A stretch of DNA of 64,000 nt from NCBI RefSeq assembly GCF_032062105.1, contig NW_026930070.1, forward strand, positions 1-64,000, given 5' to 3'. Made by a program: the position numbers and the translations under genes. Source of the DNA: Saccostrea cucullata. Lineage: Eukaryota. Below, in pieces: positions 25,331-38,620 of this stretch. Position 1 is the stretch's first letter; every line of letters starts with the position of its first letter. The notes under the pieces were generated by a model that saw only the letters and a program-made list of their open reading frames with translations, did not search any database and had not been told where the DNA came from.

Positions 25331-27604
25331 GCTATAGGAGCAGACTAATATCAAACAGTAAGGTTTGTCAGATACTTACTCCTCTGGTAACAGCGAATGA
25401 GGGTGAGATGTTATGAAGATTTACTAGAGGTATGATATTTGAATGGTAAAACAAGACGAATGTTCAGCGAGTTAAGGATAAGCGACATTTTAATATAAGT
25501 GTTACTTGTACAGAAAAATGTGCGATTCAGTAAAAGAGAGAATTGTGACTCTGGACAAAGTTATAATGATGGTGGTTTAGTTTTGATGTCTGTGTTAGAC
25601 GTAAAGGGTTTGTCGGTTTGAATACCTTAAATGTACTGAGAGAAAGATAGCGCTGAGTAAATCAAATTAACATGAAGAATTGATATATTTTAGAAAAAGG
25701 TACCTCTTTATAGTGTACATTCAAATATTATAAAAGTAAGAGTATATATCCTGACATAATTCGCAATGTTTTCTCTACCTTCAGTTTTAAAGGTGTCATA
25801 AAATTTTGATTTGTTAATATTTATAAGCATTAATATTTGCATTGCTTCAGTAAGAGATTGTTTTGATCAGTCTTCAGTCAGTATGTGTTGCTGTAAGTCA
25901 TGTAAATTATCCAACTCCTCATGCAATAAAAATGTTTAGTTGCACTCTCATCTTGAATCATTCTGCAAAGGTGGAATAATTTTAATTACAAATGGCATTG
26001 AGTGGAAACTGCCATTCTCTAAAAATAATTATATTTTACCTGTTCATCCTTGACATCATAAAGATAAGGATCCATTTTTTGATTCAATACTTCAATATTT
26101 TATATTATGGCTGTAATACGTCAATTGTTTGGTTAAAAATGAGTTTACAGTATCATATGAGAGTTGAGGCAAAATTGTGTGAATGCTTTTAGATTTTATT
26201 TTTACGTTTTCTGTTGTCCCCTGTTGGCTCTCGTGGTTTTTCTCTGTTGTAAAAGATTGTTCATCAACTTATTGTTAATATGATGTTTAATATTGCATTT
26301 GTTTTAAAAGAAATAAATCTTTGAATTAAAAAAAGTAAATTTTTAGAATAAGTCTTTTTGAAAGTGATGGAAGATTTGTTATATTTTTTTTAATCACATA
26401 ATAAAAGTACTAGTAATTACAAAGATGTTTATCATTTATTTTACTTTAACATATATACACCATTTTTTAGCATTATTTTTTAGTCTAATGCAAAATTTTC
26501 TTATTGAAACCTGGCCGAGTCATTGTATAATCAGACATATATTTAGATCATCTAGTGTGCTTCAACTTTTGTCAAAATGTTTTGAATTTGTTATATATAA
26601 CTGTACGTATATAGATACCTCATGGTATGTAATATGTTGAATTCATTTGTTACAGTTTTCAATGGATATTGTGTATATCAAATAAATGGACAATTGTAAT
26701 TGATTAATGTTTAGTTTCAAGTAATATTCAATTTATTTGTCCCTTCAATTAATTCTCTTCTCATCTAGGAAATAAACTTACTGTAATGTTCAGCTTCTTT
26801 AATTTTTTTTTGCTGTTCTTATAGTCGAATAGCTTATGCAATAGTAAGGTGCCCATCGTCTGTCTGTCTAGTTAGTTGTCTGTCCGTCTGTGAACAATAT
26901 AATAGAAATATTTTCAAAATGCTACTCCTCCCAAAGTTTTAGTCTGATTTTAAAATAATTATCAGACAATTAGACTAGACTAAATTACAAAAATCTATTT
27001 ATTGTTTTTTTTTTATTTCGCTGGACCTTGTTGCCATGGTTACTAAAAAAATGATATTTCTTTGATGCTACTCGTCCTACAGTTTTCATTTGATGGCAAT
27101 AAATCTTTGCCAAGAAAAAATCTACATCAATGATAATTTTTTAAAGCTTGATTTCTTTCTATTGAAAAGATTTAAGTTCAAATGCTACTTCTCTCCCTTC
27201 GTTATGAGAATAAACCGGTAGAGCAACAATCTCCTCAGAGTCTTCTGTTCTTTTTTTTCGGCTGAAGACTAAAACTTACAAATAAGCATCGAATATCGCT
27301 TCCAAAAATGTTAATTAAAAAATAACAGTGCCTCTATATCGAAAATATGAAATATAATTTTCCAACTGTTCATGTTCTTCTTCATCCTACAACTATAATC
27401 TTTCTGAACACGTTATTTCTGCTGATGTAAAACATTTATTAATGAGAACATTAAATCACTTATTCTAAAAGGGCCAAAATAAGGGGATCCTGATCTTTCA
27501 AATAGAGTCATATCTTTATTTTAATATGTAGTAATATTATGAATTCTATTAAAAATAACGCTAGACAACGGACCAACATAAAAAGACCTTGACAGTTCGT
27601 CAGA

Positions 27605-28330
27605 GTGGATGAAATATGTGGAGATAACAAACAGTATTCGAGCTCAAAAGTCCATTAAACATAACAAAATAGGAGGAAAGCAAACACAGACCTTTAAAGC
27701 ATTAAAGGGGGATCAGGTGCCATGGAGGAGTGAACATCTCCTGCCGACCGGCCACATCCGCCGTGCACTACCTGTTATGTTCGGGAAAAAAATCCGGTGA
27801 AAAATCAGTGTTTGATAAAAAAAAAAAGTCAGTATTTGAATTATTGATAGATTGTTATTATTGACAAGGTCATTGTATCGACCATAGAACTTATGAAATG
27901 ATTTTAAACGAGATTGCTGATATTCTTGCTTCATTAATTTGTTTGTCAATATCTTACCTCGTTTTATAAATTGTTCTTACGTAGAACATGCTCTTCCGTA
28001 TCGAACCAACTGATCGAGATATATAAACTCCGCATACAATATTGCTGCATAAGTAAGGGAGATGACGATAGAAAAGTTAAAGTCATCATGTTTATCTTAG
28101 AGTTTGGTTGTTAGATTACCATTTACATCTTTTTTCTAGTAAAATTTCCAAATATAAAACAGATGTGTCATATTCTTTAATATCTTAGATTTCAAGCTCA
28201 CCGGGACATATCATGTCGACATGAGAATTGACAATACGTAATCAATCTATCTTAATGTCGAGGTGATGGTCACAGCAAGTGTTTTGAACAAATTCTGCTC
28301 TGCTTCAAACTCCAATGAATGAAAATGAGG
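27605..28330 (-). mobile_element. Penelope-like RT fragment, same family as 9835-10625
   Basis: Reverse complement matches the RT/thumb sequence (NKLMKQEYQQSRLKSFHKFYGRYNDLV) and the GC-rich tail. Confidence 0.75.
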
Positions 28331-28489
28331 TTAAGCTCCACCCATTCTATGACGTAAGCGGTCCAACATCTCACTCAATGGTCAAACATCAAATTTTTTT
28401 TATGCCTGCTCACCAAAACGTTAGAAATGTTAGACTTTTTTCGTATAGATTTGTATAAAAACAAATTTTTAAAGGTATAACAATGTCAA

Positions 28490-28750
28490 ATGTCCCATGC
28501 CAGGATCGTTACAGATTTTCTCCTACAACAGAATATTAACACATTACCATGGCCCGCACTCAGTCCGGACCTTTCCCCCATCGAGCATTTCTTGAACATG
28601 TCTGGACCTGCCAATGTCCAAGAACACGCTGCAGCACTGCAACAGGAATGGAATAACCTTCCCCCAAAGTGACCTCGGAAGTCTCATTAGGAGTATGCCT
28701 TCCCGAATCCGGGCTTGTTTGGCCAACAAAGGGGTTTTTACCAGCTACTG
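28490..28750 (+). mobile_element. Tc1-like transposase C-terminal fragment
   Basis: HARIVTDFL..LPWPALSPDLSPIEH and LQQEWNNLP, then ISMPSRIRAC-like continuation after a frameshift. Confidence 0.8.
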
Positions 28751-30690
28751 ACTCCGTTTCACAATGGTGGTAAATTTGCTGTGTGACCCTGTGTTGGTGT
28801 CGACACTTATTCTAAAGAATCTGTCCTTTTCTTACTGCACACGGGGTTTTTCAAAAATTGATAATTGTTTTTTAGAGCTGTTCTGAGATTTGTTTTCTTC
28901 CTGATGTCCATGATCTGCATTTCATTGTCCTTGTAAATCAAACATCCCTTCTTTTTTTAATTAGGATATAAAAATGCTAAAGATGTCTGAGATTCTGTTT
29001 AATTTTTGAGACAAGGTCTTCTAACATTTATTGTCGGAATACATGTATATTCCATTTGTGCCCTATTATTAGAAGACCTGTGTTTTATTGATATAAAGCA
29101 AAATTTATTTCACAACTTAAGTTTGTACATGAGAAGGAGAAAAGTTAACACTTGACCTCAATTTGAAATTAAGATATATCGAGAACAAAATATTTAAACA
29201 AATATACAAGCAAATATAACTATCACTGGGTCGTATTTTGTCTGACTTGTTTAATACCAATTGTTAGGCTTTTGTTTTATGTACTGAAATAGACTACGAA
29301 TGTTACGTCTACCTGATCAATAGATACCGGTAAACCTCACAGAGTGTGTGGCCGGTCAACAGGGAATGTTTACTCCTCCTTGGCACCTGATCCCACCTCT
29401 GAAATTTCGAGGCTCCATGTTTATGCCCTCTTCACATTTTTGTTTATAATTTTTTAGATCATTCTCTGCTCGTTATCTTCACCTCATACATTGTTTTAAT
29501 TGACTTGTTAATCTTCTAATCTACTGGTATCCCGACAGAGATTGCTGTACTAGACACTCAAAGTATCAGACACCATGTCGATTTGTATTCGTATTAAGAT
29601 GTTGTCAAAGATATATTTACATGCCCAAGAATTTTCCTTAAAATTCTTTGCAAATTAAAAGACTGCCCATATAGAAGGTCGATATCTTTCGGGTAGATAG
29701 ATATTTCAATTATCCACTATTCGTCAATATAGAGTTACATAGTGAAAATATCTTACAGAATAAACAATACTATTTAGAACATGTGGTTTATTCATAAATC
29801 TGTTTAATAATAAGCATTTAACTTAATATCGATTACATAATCTAAACGTGACATTGAATACATTGTTAGGTACAGCGATTTATAGCAAAATATAACTTGC
29901 TCGTTGATGTATCCGATGATGGTTGGTAATTAGCATCTGGCAATATGATCGCTAATTTTTTCGCCTAAACTGTGTTCATGTCCCTTTAAGTATTTAATAA
30001 TAATGTTAGACATTGAATTTTTATTTCAGATATCAAACCAAACGTTTAACCCAGGAAGAAAATAACAATAAAGCAGATTGTTTTAATGCGCCTGGATTGA
30101 AAGATCCAAGGAGTATACTGTTTTTTCCTATCTATCTGTCTGTTAGTCTGTCTAGCTGTTTGTCTGTTTATCTGCAAACTTTAACCTTCGCCGTCACTTT
30201 TGAACCATGAACAGTTAAGACTTCACATTTAATATGCATACTCCACTTTTAAACTCTTTCAAATGACATCAAGGTCAATGACCTTGTTACCTTGACTGTG
30301 ACCTTTATGCTAAAAACATTTTACAAAAATTAATTAATCTTGACTTGTTTCAATTAAAACAACATAGTGTATGTACATTCTGGTTTATATTCACATGGTG
30401 GCAATGGGAATGACAAATTGTAATAAATTGATTCAGAATTTTAATTTGATTTTGAATTTAAAACATTTTAGCATCAATACATCTTGAAGGACTTTCTAAA
30501 ATACATAATAAGAAGAATTCATATATTCCTTTCCTACAGAATTGCAAGAGATAAGAAATTATAAAATCTACCTTTTTTGCTCTTGTATATTGATTGATTG
30601 TATATTGTTTAACGTCCCTCTCAAGAATTTTTCAGTCATATGGAGATGTCACCGTACGCCGGTAAAGTGCTTCAAATTTAGATCTCTATT

Positions 30691-30773
30691 TAGTCTGCAT
30701 CATCCAGACGTTTGCGTTTACCTCCACAAACAGTTTGTGGAGGTAAACGCATATGTCTGGATAATGCAGACTA
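30691..30773. mobile_element. 83-bp near-perfect palindromic mini-element (TAGTCTG...CAGACTA)
   Basis: 41-bp arms with few mismatches, inserted in the SINE. Confidence 0.75.
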
Positions 30774-30846
30774 GACTTATACTGGGCACTCAGGGCAATT
30801 GAGCAGTGAATGTTCTTTATCGTGACACGGTACCTACGTTTGTAAG

Positions 30847-31277
30847 TAGTGGTGTTCCAATCATCGATTATAATCGAAAATCAGTCGATTGCTGACATAA
30901 TCCAAGCAATCGATTGCATTTTCAAAATTCTGATTAATCGGTTTATTATTTTATTTTACAAGCATAATAGTTTTTAACCCTAATTTTCCATCCACAGCAT
31001 TGCTTTTGACTTATTTGTGTAAGATAATGGTGGAAATAAACAAACTTTTGTATTTCTACCCGGATAACAAAGCATGTTTCTGGGCATGGGCATACGTTTG
31101 GTTCTATAAAAGGAACAAAGGACCAGCTGGATCACCACAGAAGGTGGTCATTTACCTATTCTTACCATTTACTTGTTTAAATTGATATACTTTTTACATA
31201 TCCGATTATAATCGATAATTAGTTAGTTAGAGTAATCCAATCATCGATTATGAAATTCTTACCGATTCCTATCACTA
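30847..31277. mobile_element. Non-autonomous hAT-like element
   Basis: TAGTG...CACTA termini, perfect 8-bp TSD TTTGTAAG, subterminal AATCGAT repeats. Confidence 0.8.
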
Positions 31278-32261
31278 TTTGTAAGGTCATATCGAAATAC
31301 CCGTGACTTTCACTTCTAGTGCCAAGAGCTTGGCGAAGGAAGTCACCACCTTTGTTTACGTCTAAGGTATGACGCGGCGCCGCGAACGAGAATCGAACCC
31401 AGGCTAATGCTCTACAACTAGGCTACCGTGACCGGTGCTCTCGTATATGTAAATTTGTAAAAGAATTATTTTGCATCCCAACACCGACAAATTGTGGTGT
31501 CTCCAAATGAGCGAAGAATTCTCGGGAAAGACATTAAACAACAAACATTATTTGTTGCTGGTTTGAAAAGTTTAAATATAAAAAATGTCCCAAAAATATG
31601 TAATTTTAATCAATTAGGAAAACTCAAGAAAAAAGAATTTTGCTGCAAGAAGGATAAAATTGAGATAACGAACAGTGTTCAATCTCAAAGTCTATAAAAC
31701 AATACAAAATAAGAGGAAAGCAAACATCAGATCAGATTAGAGGTGGAATCAGATCAGAGGTGGGATAAATTAATTTTATTATAAAATGTAGTGTACCTTA
31801 TTTACCTCTTTTGCTTAAATTGAATGTTGATAACTGTTTGTGTTATCTTCAGCACAATCTTGTTTCTTATTATAAGTTTCAATACAAAGCACTTATAAAC
31901 TGAACGAGAAATGCATTTCAGATTTTAAAATTTAACTTTCAGGAACCCAATTATTTTATTCATGTTATGAATTATACAGCAATGGATTCACAATAAATAA
32001 ACATTTAAAAAGATATATAAAAGTTCAGATCGATTTTTTAGAAACATAATTTAGGTGAAAGCAGGGGAAAATGAAAATATGTTTTCAATACGTAAATCGG
32101 CTTTACCAATTAAAATTAGAAAGTTTTAAAAAGTTGGGTTACAGTGTAATCTATGGTTTAATTATAATTGATTTTCAAATCTAGAAACTTTTAAATTTCT
32201 ACAGAATATCCTTAAATTGCAACAATTCTTCAAATTCAATCCTGCAAACTTATCTTTCTTA

Positions 32262-35044
32262 TAACCACAAGCATGTACGGTGGTTGTCCGGTAAAATCAT
32301 AGACAAGATGTCTCGCGTGAATAATAATCATCACTGCATTCTGAAATTTTCACTACTTTATAGTACACATCTTTTGGATAAACATAGCAAATTTCAAATA
32401 GATATATTCATAAATAAACGAATTATGAGATTTTATGTTATGTTTTCTATCGCCTTACGGCGCACGGATGATAACGTCAAAATGCCTAAAACAGTGTCAG
32501 ATGCCTTAAGTTTCATCTTTTCACTAAAAATAAAGTTGGATAAGTCCCACTTAATTTTCGAAATTTCATTTGAAGCACATTTGTAAGTCTCCATAAACAA
32601 TTGAGGAACCAATCTGTTACAAAAGTACGATCTTCTGAAGATTTATAAGTAAGATAAGGACAATATTCCAACATCATTTAACTAATAGACAATCTTATAT
32701 TGACGCGGTCAACATTGACAGCGTCTTTAGCTATTACAATTGTAGTTTATCTGTAAGTCTTGTACTACCTTGAGAATCGGTCTAGAAAGACTTTACTCAG
32801 AAAACTCCCATTTCATTTATATATTAAAAATTTGGCAATTTGGGGGGATTTTTTTTCTTCTGTATTCATTTTAAGTTTTATACGGCGCTATTACACCATC
32901 TGAATCATAGCAAACTGATCTCCGGTGCGCCATAACGTCACCAAACGTCACCATTTTTCGTGTGTTCTGTTTACCACTTTCCCTTTTCAAATACTCAGGA
33001 AACTGTCAAAATTTGACCAAATGCATTGAAAATTTTAAGAAGACAATAAAATAAATTAAGGAATGAAATACGGCTAATTTTAACCCTTATCTCATCTATT
33101 TAAATCTTTTGTTTCAAATCAATACTCCTCTATTCTCTTATAAAACCTTCGTTTTTTGACCGTGCGCCGTAGGGCCTTACCCTGTGCACATTGGAGCACT
33201 ATAAAATCTATATTTTTAGGAATATTTTATCCAAAACATTATAATTAACTTAAATATGATAAATATACATTCACAGAAAATTTCAGCTTATTACGTCCAT
33301 TATTTTTCGAGAAAAATGCTTTGTCCACGATTTTATGAGACAACGCTCGTACACCATACTTTATTAGGTATCTGCTTATTTATTAAGAGCTATTCTCTGT
33401 AATGATTTGAACTTTTATATAGGAACTGTGGCACGCATAGTCTCAGAATTTCTCCAAACTCTCTATGATAAAAGTCATTGATACCCTAAACTAAAATCAG
33501 GCAAAAATTGGTTGCTATGTGTTATTGTTACCATGGCAACATGTCTGAAAGTTCGAAAAATAGCAGTTTATAACATGTTTAGAGCTCCACATTTAACATC
33601 TGCGGCAAAGCAAACCATTGGCAATGACTGTATCCAAAAGTTGAAGGTCAGATGTCTCAAATGCATGATAAACATGTCTGGTAAATCAACTCTTTTAACG
33701 TTACTATGGTAACAAAGTATTCAAAAGTAAAAAAAACTTCATTAAATCTTTTAAAGTCATACACATGAAAATAAAAAGCAATTATAGGATGAAATGTGAC
33801 CAAATAATAGAAAAAAAGAGCCTTGAAACATATACCAAGAACAGAATATGATATTTCATTTTGGTTTTTATATCACAAAGAGCCTTCAAAGTAACATTCT
33901 GTATGTTTAAATCTGATCTTATATTTTAAAAAAGCACATTTCCTCATAACTTATGATCAATTTTATAAGATGTTGGTGGGTTCCAAGTTTTCCAATTTGA
34001 AAAGAAATTCAGATTAGATTCTTTAGATAGAGCGTTCCTATGGAAATAAGCAGAAAATATATGCTTAAAAACCTGAAAAATATTTTCTTTCCTTGGATAC
34101 GTACCTTTAAATGTAGATTCCCAAAACTTTTACGATTGATGTTTATTAACAGCTAACTTGACTTAAATTTTCACTATCATCTCTAAGTGGAGGCACGAAG
34201 TTGGTACACAGGGTTTAATATTGATATAAAATTCACAAAATCGAAAATTTTCCCTTCTTGGTTACCATAGCAACAGTGTTGTTTTATGTATCAAATTTTA
34301 TCAATATATGATATTCAACTTCAGTTCTAATAGATAAGTACTATTCAAACTGAGTCCTTTAATTTGTTTCTGGATTAAATGACAATTTAATTCTTAATAC
34401 AGCGAAAAATAATTCACTTATAAGCAGTAGTACTTTGTTTCCATGGTAACACTGCTAAGTAGCAATTATACCCAATTTTTCTTATGATTTCGGTGTTGCA
34501 AGGTTCTAAGGATGCATATTTGCCAGTCTTGAATTTTTTATGTTTTTCCTCAAAACAGTAGCAATAACCCAATCTTAGTTACTGGTTTTGCATGGTTACA
34601 CTGTGTTACCATGGCAACCTATACTTAAGGTAAAATATTTTCATTGTTTTTCTTAAGTTGTTCATTGAGTTTGAGCATGTAATACCTACCATAAGTGAAT
34701 ACAGAGTGTTTTTTCAGCATTTTAAATATATTCCAAAAGTACCCTTGGTTACCATTTACTTAGAGATGTATTCTAAACAGTTTCTTTACAGTATAACTGA
34801 CATCATGGTGTCATGTCTTTGTGAGAATGGTTTGTTTGCCTTTTCTAGCTTTTATCAAGCCACAGTCAAGATTTAAAGTGGCTGTAAATCTCGATTTTTC
34901 AAACTTTTCCGGCTGTTTCCATGGCAACCGAGACACATAGCAAGGCAATTTTGTTTGATATTTCTTTCTGGTGTCAAGTACTAAGCATGGGTGAAGTTTC
35001 ATAAAAATCGGTGACCATGCGTGGCAACGAAGTTTAAGTGGTTA
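32262..35044. mobile_element. ~2.8-kb non-coding insertion with TAACCAC...GTGGTTA ends
   Basis: Interrupts intron homology with copy A (21740-21800 | 21845-21927); contains multiple GTT(A/T)CCATGG(C/T)AAC palindromes. Confidence 0.6.
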
Positions 35045-35141
35045 CAGAGAATGGCTATTAATTACTCTGAAATCCGGGTAATTACATTACTAACAAGATG
35101 AAACATTTATGACATAAACTCGATATAACAATTCATTTTAG

Positions 35142-38100
35142 ATATTTTTGAAAAAGAGTTCAAACGATGGAAAGAGGAGGATGAGGTTTACAGTGAAAGC
35201 CACGGCTTCCCTGCAATGTTGGATCAAGTCAGAAAACAACCTTATATGACATTTGTTGGTGTCCCAGGATCTGGGAAATCAGCAACGATTCATCACATAG
35301 CCCTGATACTCCTGAAGGAAGAGTATAAGGTTGTACCTATTATAGACATCAGGAAGATTGAAGATTATTCTGACTCTCGTTATCCACAGGTTTTTGTCAT
35401 TAATGATGTGGTAGGTGTTTTAGGTCTGCAAAAACAAAAGTTAGAGACATTGACAGACTATGAAAAAAGAATTTCAAATCCGTCCAATAGAAATTCAAAG
35501 GTATTAATGTCATGTAGGGAAGCCGTGTTTAATGAATGTTACAAATCATTTTTCTCAAATGAAAATAACACAATTAAGATGCATATTTCCGAAAATATAT
35601 TGAACGATGAAGATAAGAAAGCGATCCTTCAGAAACACGGCATAGATAGAGAGTTGTTGACTCCTGCATTACTGGGGGACACATTGGATATGTTTCCTCT
35701 GCTGTGTAAACTATATTCAAAAGAGGAGAAATTTAGAAAAAATGTTGAAAGGGTCTTTACCTGTCCAGCCGGATGTATTTTAAGTCAATTTGATGAAATG
35801 CAAGGGCGAAATAGATTATGCTATGCTACATTGGTTTTGTGCATGTTAAATGACAATAAACTATCACAAGAAACATTGAAAAACACAGGAAATGGTGATT
35901 TTTGCGAAATGAAATCGAAAGTATCAGAAAAATGTAAAATTGAAAAAGACACTGATGCATATAAATTTGAAGAAGCGTTGGGAGTGATGGAGGGTACATA
36001 TACGAAACTCTGTGGTGCTGAGTATACATTTATTCACGACTCTGTGTTTGAAATTCTTGCATATCATTTTGGTTCTCAGTTTCCAGAATTGTTTATAAAA
36101 TATATCAGCAGTAGTTACATTGCTAGTAAATTGAAAATACAAGAATGTAAAAAAGAATCAGAGATTGACAATAAGCACGATGATAATGAAAAATTTAGTG
36201 TTGAGGAGCAGGAAACTTCAAGCAGTGAAACAGTCCAGGACTCATTTGATCTCTGCATAAGGTTAAGAGAGGATCAGTACTTTATGTTAGCGGAGCGTTT
36301 GTACAGAGATATAGAAAATATGGAGCTGCATGATGTTTTTATGAATGATGTTTTGAAACACCCAAGAGTTTGTCAGGTTTTTATTGAGGTGTTAGAGACA
36401 AAGTCGTACATAGAGTTGAAGTCTTTATTTCTGTCAGAACAGAAAGATGTGTCTAAGGTAGTGAGTAAAGGAAAACGTGTGAGGGAGGAGATTGAGAAGA
36501 GGGATGAGAGGAGCAGGGAATGGCACAGACAGGAGGTGTTGGTGAATGAGAAAAAACATTATAGAGAAACAACATACAGTGTGAGGGTTATCAGTTGGGT
36601 GGTTTACTACGGACACAATAAGATCTTACAATATATTTTAAAACAAACTGAATTAAACAAAGAAACAGAGACTGAACTATTTTGGCGTTCCTTTAGCCCC
36701 AGGTTAAAATATGAAGCAAAAAAAGGGGAAAATAACATTGAAAAAAGTATTGCAACAGTCAAATTATCTTTATCAAACTTCATTTGTGATGCAACAAATC
36801 AAAAACAGGAAAATAGTCAGTCTGTTTTTGAACATGACCGCTTTTTTATTGGGTTGTTATAGTGGTGATTTAGACACTGTAAGAATATTAATCAAGTATG
36901 TCGATATAAAAATGACAAACAAAAACATCCAATATTTGTTTAACGATACACCACTGACAGCAGCATGTAGAGGTGGACATATGAGTGTAATGAAGGAGCT
37001 TATAGAAGCCGGAGCTGGTATCAATCAACAAGGTAAGTATGATACACCATTGACAGCAGCATGTGAGGGTGGATATATGAGTGTAGTGAAGGAGCTTATA
37101 GAAGCCGGAGCTGATATCAATCCTAAAGGTACGTATCATACACCACTGACAGCAGCATGTGAAGGTGGACATCTGAGTGTAGTGAAGGAGCTTATAGAAG
37201 CTGGAGCTGATATCAATCCAAAAGGTGAGTTTGATACACCATTGACAGCAGCATGTAAGGGTGGCCATATAAGTTTAGTGAAGGAGCTTATAGAAGCCGG
37301 AGCTGATATCAATCAAAAAAGTGAGTTTGGTACACCATTTACAACAGCATGTAAGGGTGGACATACGAGTGTAGTGAAGGAGCTTATAGAAGCTGGAGCT
37401 GATATTAATCTACAAGGTAGGTATGATACACCACTGACAGCAGCATCTAAGGGAGGACATATGAGTGTAGTGAAGGAGCTTATAGAAGCCGGAGCTGATA
37501 TCAATCCTAAAGGTATGATTGATAAACCGCTGACAGCAGCATGTGAAGGTGGCCATATAAGTTTAGTGAAGGAGCTTATAGAAGCCGGAGCTGATATCAA
37601 TCCTAAAGGTACGTTTGATACACCGCTGACAGCAGCATATCAGGGTGGACATATGAGTGTAGTGAAGGAGCTTATAGAAGCCGGAGCTGATATCAATCCT
37701 AAAGGTATGTTTCATACACCGCTGACTGAAGCATCTAAAGGTGGTTATATGAGTGTAGTGAAGGAGCTTATAGAAACAAGAGCTGATATCAATCCTAAAG
37801 GTACGTATGATACACCGCTGAGAGCAGCATGTAAGGGTGGTTATTTGAGTGTAGTGAAGGAGCTTATAGAAGCCGGAGCTGATATCAATCCTAAAGGTAC
37901 GTTTCATACACCACTGACAGCAGCATGTGAAGGTGGACATATGAGTGTAGTGAAGGAGCTTATAGAAGCCGGAGCTGGTATCAACCAACAAGCTAAGTAT
38001 AAAACACCCTTGACAGCAGCATGTGAGTGTGGCCATATAAGTTTAGAGAAGGAGCTTATAGAAGCCGGAGCTGATATCAATCCTAAAGGTACGTATGATA

Positions 38101-38315
38101 CACCGCTGAGAGCAGCATGTAAGGGTGGTTATTTGAGTGTAGTGAAGGAGCTTATAGAAGCCGGAGCTGATATCAATCAAACAGGTAAATTTGATACACC
38201 ACTGACAGCGGCACGTACGGGTGGACATATGAGTTTAGTGAATGAGTTACTAGAAGCTGGAGCAGATAACTTTCAAGATAAGTCTAAAACACCATTATGC
38301 TGTTGTCAATGCTGA
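35142..38315 (+). pseudogene. Terminal exon copy B: nSTAND3-like NTPase + 14 ankyrin repeats, one frameshift at ~36842-36847
   Basis: Acceptor TTTTAG at 35141 (phase 1), Walker A GVPGSGKS, Walker B VFVIND; 2 nt shorter than copy A in a T6 run, splitting ORFs 35216-36862 and 36711-38315. Confidence 0.85.
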
Positions 38316-38620
38316 CATACAAGTGTAGTGAAAGAACTACTAGAAACCGTGACTGATATCAGGAACGTGAGTATATTACACCACTTGATAGTAGCATGTA
38401 ATAGTGGACCTATGAGTGCAGTGAAGGAAGGAGCTTATTGATGTCGGACCTTATAATCAAAAGAGTGATATTAATACACTACTGAAGAACCATATAATGG
38501 ATGATATATATGAAAAGGACGAGTGTAGTGAAGGAGCTTCCGGGGATAGGAGCTGTTCTCAATGAACTTAATAGGTATCATGTTTCATTGACAGCATTAT
38601 GTCGGGTGGAGATATGAGTA
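36945..38620 (+). repeat. 96-bp ankyrin-coding tandem repeat (14 units plus decayed units past the stop)
   Basis: Same consensus as copy A. Confidence 0.95.

Larger units (their letters stand above)
30591..31436 (-). mobile_element. tRNA-derived SINE with two nested insertions
   Basis: Similar to 45591-45903; (TGAT)n tail; 13-bp TSD TGCTCT(T/C)GTATAT; absent from the paralogous site at ~21410. Confidence 0.8.

Noticed and set aside
25992-26192. Duplicated small ORF MALSGNCHSL (also 39993-40331) and its AATGGCA..TGCCATT hairpin
   Set aside because: Lies in the duplicated 3' region; indels and different stops between copies; similarity is explained by the duplication
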